Positions 31,352 to 32,000 of a stretch of 32,000 bases of DNA are shown here, piece after piece. The notes beneath the pieces are model-generated. The model had not been told where the DNA came from. It did not search any database and worked only from the letters and a program-made list of their open reading frames with translations. The translations under genes were made by a program, and so were the position numbers. The DNA is from Patescibacteria group bacterium. Lineage in GTDB: Bacteria; Patescibacteriota; Patescibacteriia; 2-01-FULL-39-33. Each line of letters begins with the position of its first letter. The first letter of the stretch is position 1. The stretch lies in assembly GCA_041649575.1 (NCBI GenBank), contig JBAZMW010000001.1, positions 120,001-152,000 of the forward strand. Direction: 5' to 3'.

Positions 31352-32000
31352 TCATCGGAAAAAGGGGACGCTCAGCGCCGCCATTTCCGGAGGCCGGTCT
31401 TCGAACACCAGCGAGCCACCTCGCAGGGTTATTGCCCGGCCATCAGTCGTGGCCGTTGGCACAGACCAGTTCCAGAGCGCCGCTTCCCAGGTGTCGCCGT
31501 TGGAGTCAATCCCGTCCAATTGGGTCATCAGGGTGTTGCCTGGCAACTCCATAATGACCGCCTGGCTGATCGAGAAGATCTGTTGGCGATAAACCGTCGC
31601 CGAGTCGCTGGTCCAACAAGTGAAGCGTACCAGCATGATGTCTGGCGGGCTACCAGTAAACAGGTTGCCAATTGCTGCTCCGTCGGCGTCGATCGTGGCT
31701 GTCAGCTTGCGGCCGTCAGCGGCATAGGCGAAGACCAGGCCCGGATGCGGCGTGTTGGCGGCTACTGTCAGCGCGGCGACATTGGACATTGTCTCCACGA
31801 TGACGTTTCTCACGACGCAGGTGTAGCTGCCGTTGTCCGAGACTTGCGCGGCGGTGATGATGAAAGCAGAGTTGGTGGCCCCACTTATCGCCGTGCCGTC
31901 CTTCTTCCATTGATAGGTGAAGAGCGGCAGATTGAAGCTGGAATCGGCTGCTACCGTGAACGTGGCCTGCGCATCGACGGCCACTGTTTGTGACGCCGGC
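31352..32000 (-). CDS. C-terminal part of a GC-rich protein with an Ig-like (I-set-type) domain; N-terminus lies outside the window
   Basis: The frame is open to the window edge (PASQTVAVDAQATFTV...). FTYQWKKDGTAISGATNSAFIITAAQVSDNGSYTCVV is the bacterial Ig-like repeat pattern (YQW-K-G--I-GAT...D-G-Y-C-V). Third-position C/G is preferred (ttc, aac, gac, atc). 39/60 GC at 31381-31440. Confidence 0.65.
   Translation of the reverse strand, partial: PASQTVAVDAQATFTVAADSSFNLPLFTYQWKKDGTAISGATNSAFIITAAQVSDNGSYTCVVRNVIVETMSNVAALTVAANTPHPGLVFAYAADGRKLTATIDADGAAIGNLFTGSPPDIMLVRFTCWTSDSATVYRQQIFSISQAVIMELPGNTLMTQLDGIDSNGDTWEAALWNWSVPTATTDGRAITLRGGSLVFEDRPPEMAALSVPFFR

Noticed and set aside
31273-31993. 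Plus-strand ORFs of 93 and 218 aa in the GC-rich right end
   Set aside because: They are Arg/Pro/Gly-rich with no recognisable motif, as expected for antisense frames in GC-rich coding DNA. The minus-strand frame carries a clear Ig-like repeat and is followed by a terminator.
1-32000. Possibility of an alternative genetic code (UGA recoding, as in some CPR lineages)
   Set aside because: Conserved genes (metG, murA, pilB, iscS and others) are full length under code 11. Some genes end at TGA (for example cvpA), so no recoding is needed.

Overview
This 32 kb window reads as a chromosomal segment of a small-genome bacterium that makes little use of Shine-Dalgarno (SD) sites. Tiny intergenic gaps, TTGACA-17-TAnnnT promoters, a GT-C membrane glycosyltransferase, a PEGA/beta-propeller protein and a pilus operon without a secretin are consistent with Patescibacteria/CPR. 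That placement is inference only. Genetic code 11 works throughout. Left to right: the tail of an XRE regulator, a membrane HEAT protein and a transglutaminase-like protein; a GC-rich prepilin-like gene on the opposite strand; a ZIP metal transporter followed by three consecutive thioredoxin-fold CxxC genes; an LRR lipoprotein; a housekeeping run (rsmI, metG, cvpA, tatD, GT-C, HIT); murA plus a PEGA protein; an S41 protease, acyP and rplI; an orphan HEPN-like gene; rpmA; two lipoproteins; Rrf2-iscU-nfu-iscS; a 10-gene pilus operon (pilB, pilC, four pilin-like genes, pilMNO, one small gene); a GT4 glycosyltransferase; and a GC-rich Ig-domain ORF that runs off the right edge. I found no rRNA, tRNA, CRISPR array, intact transposase or recognisable defence operon. 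Three things merit a second look. (i) Three to four short, compositionally atypical patches (about 1302-1904, 17040-17195, 17598-17933, 31285-32000) carry strong SD sites in an SD-poor genome. Two are bracketed by 8-bp direct repeats, and two end in gene stumps. (ii) A three-gene thioredoxin cluster looks like a self-contained trans-membrane thiol-disulfide relay. (iii) The pilus operon follows the gspE-F-H-I-J-K-L-M gene order but has no secretin and no obvious major pilin. All homology calls come from motif recognition by eye; no database search was run.
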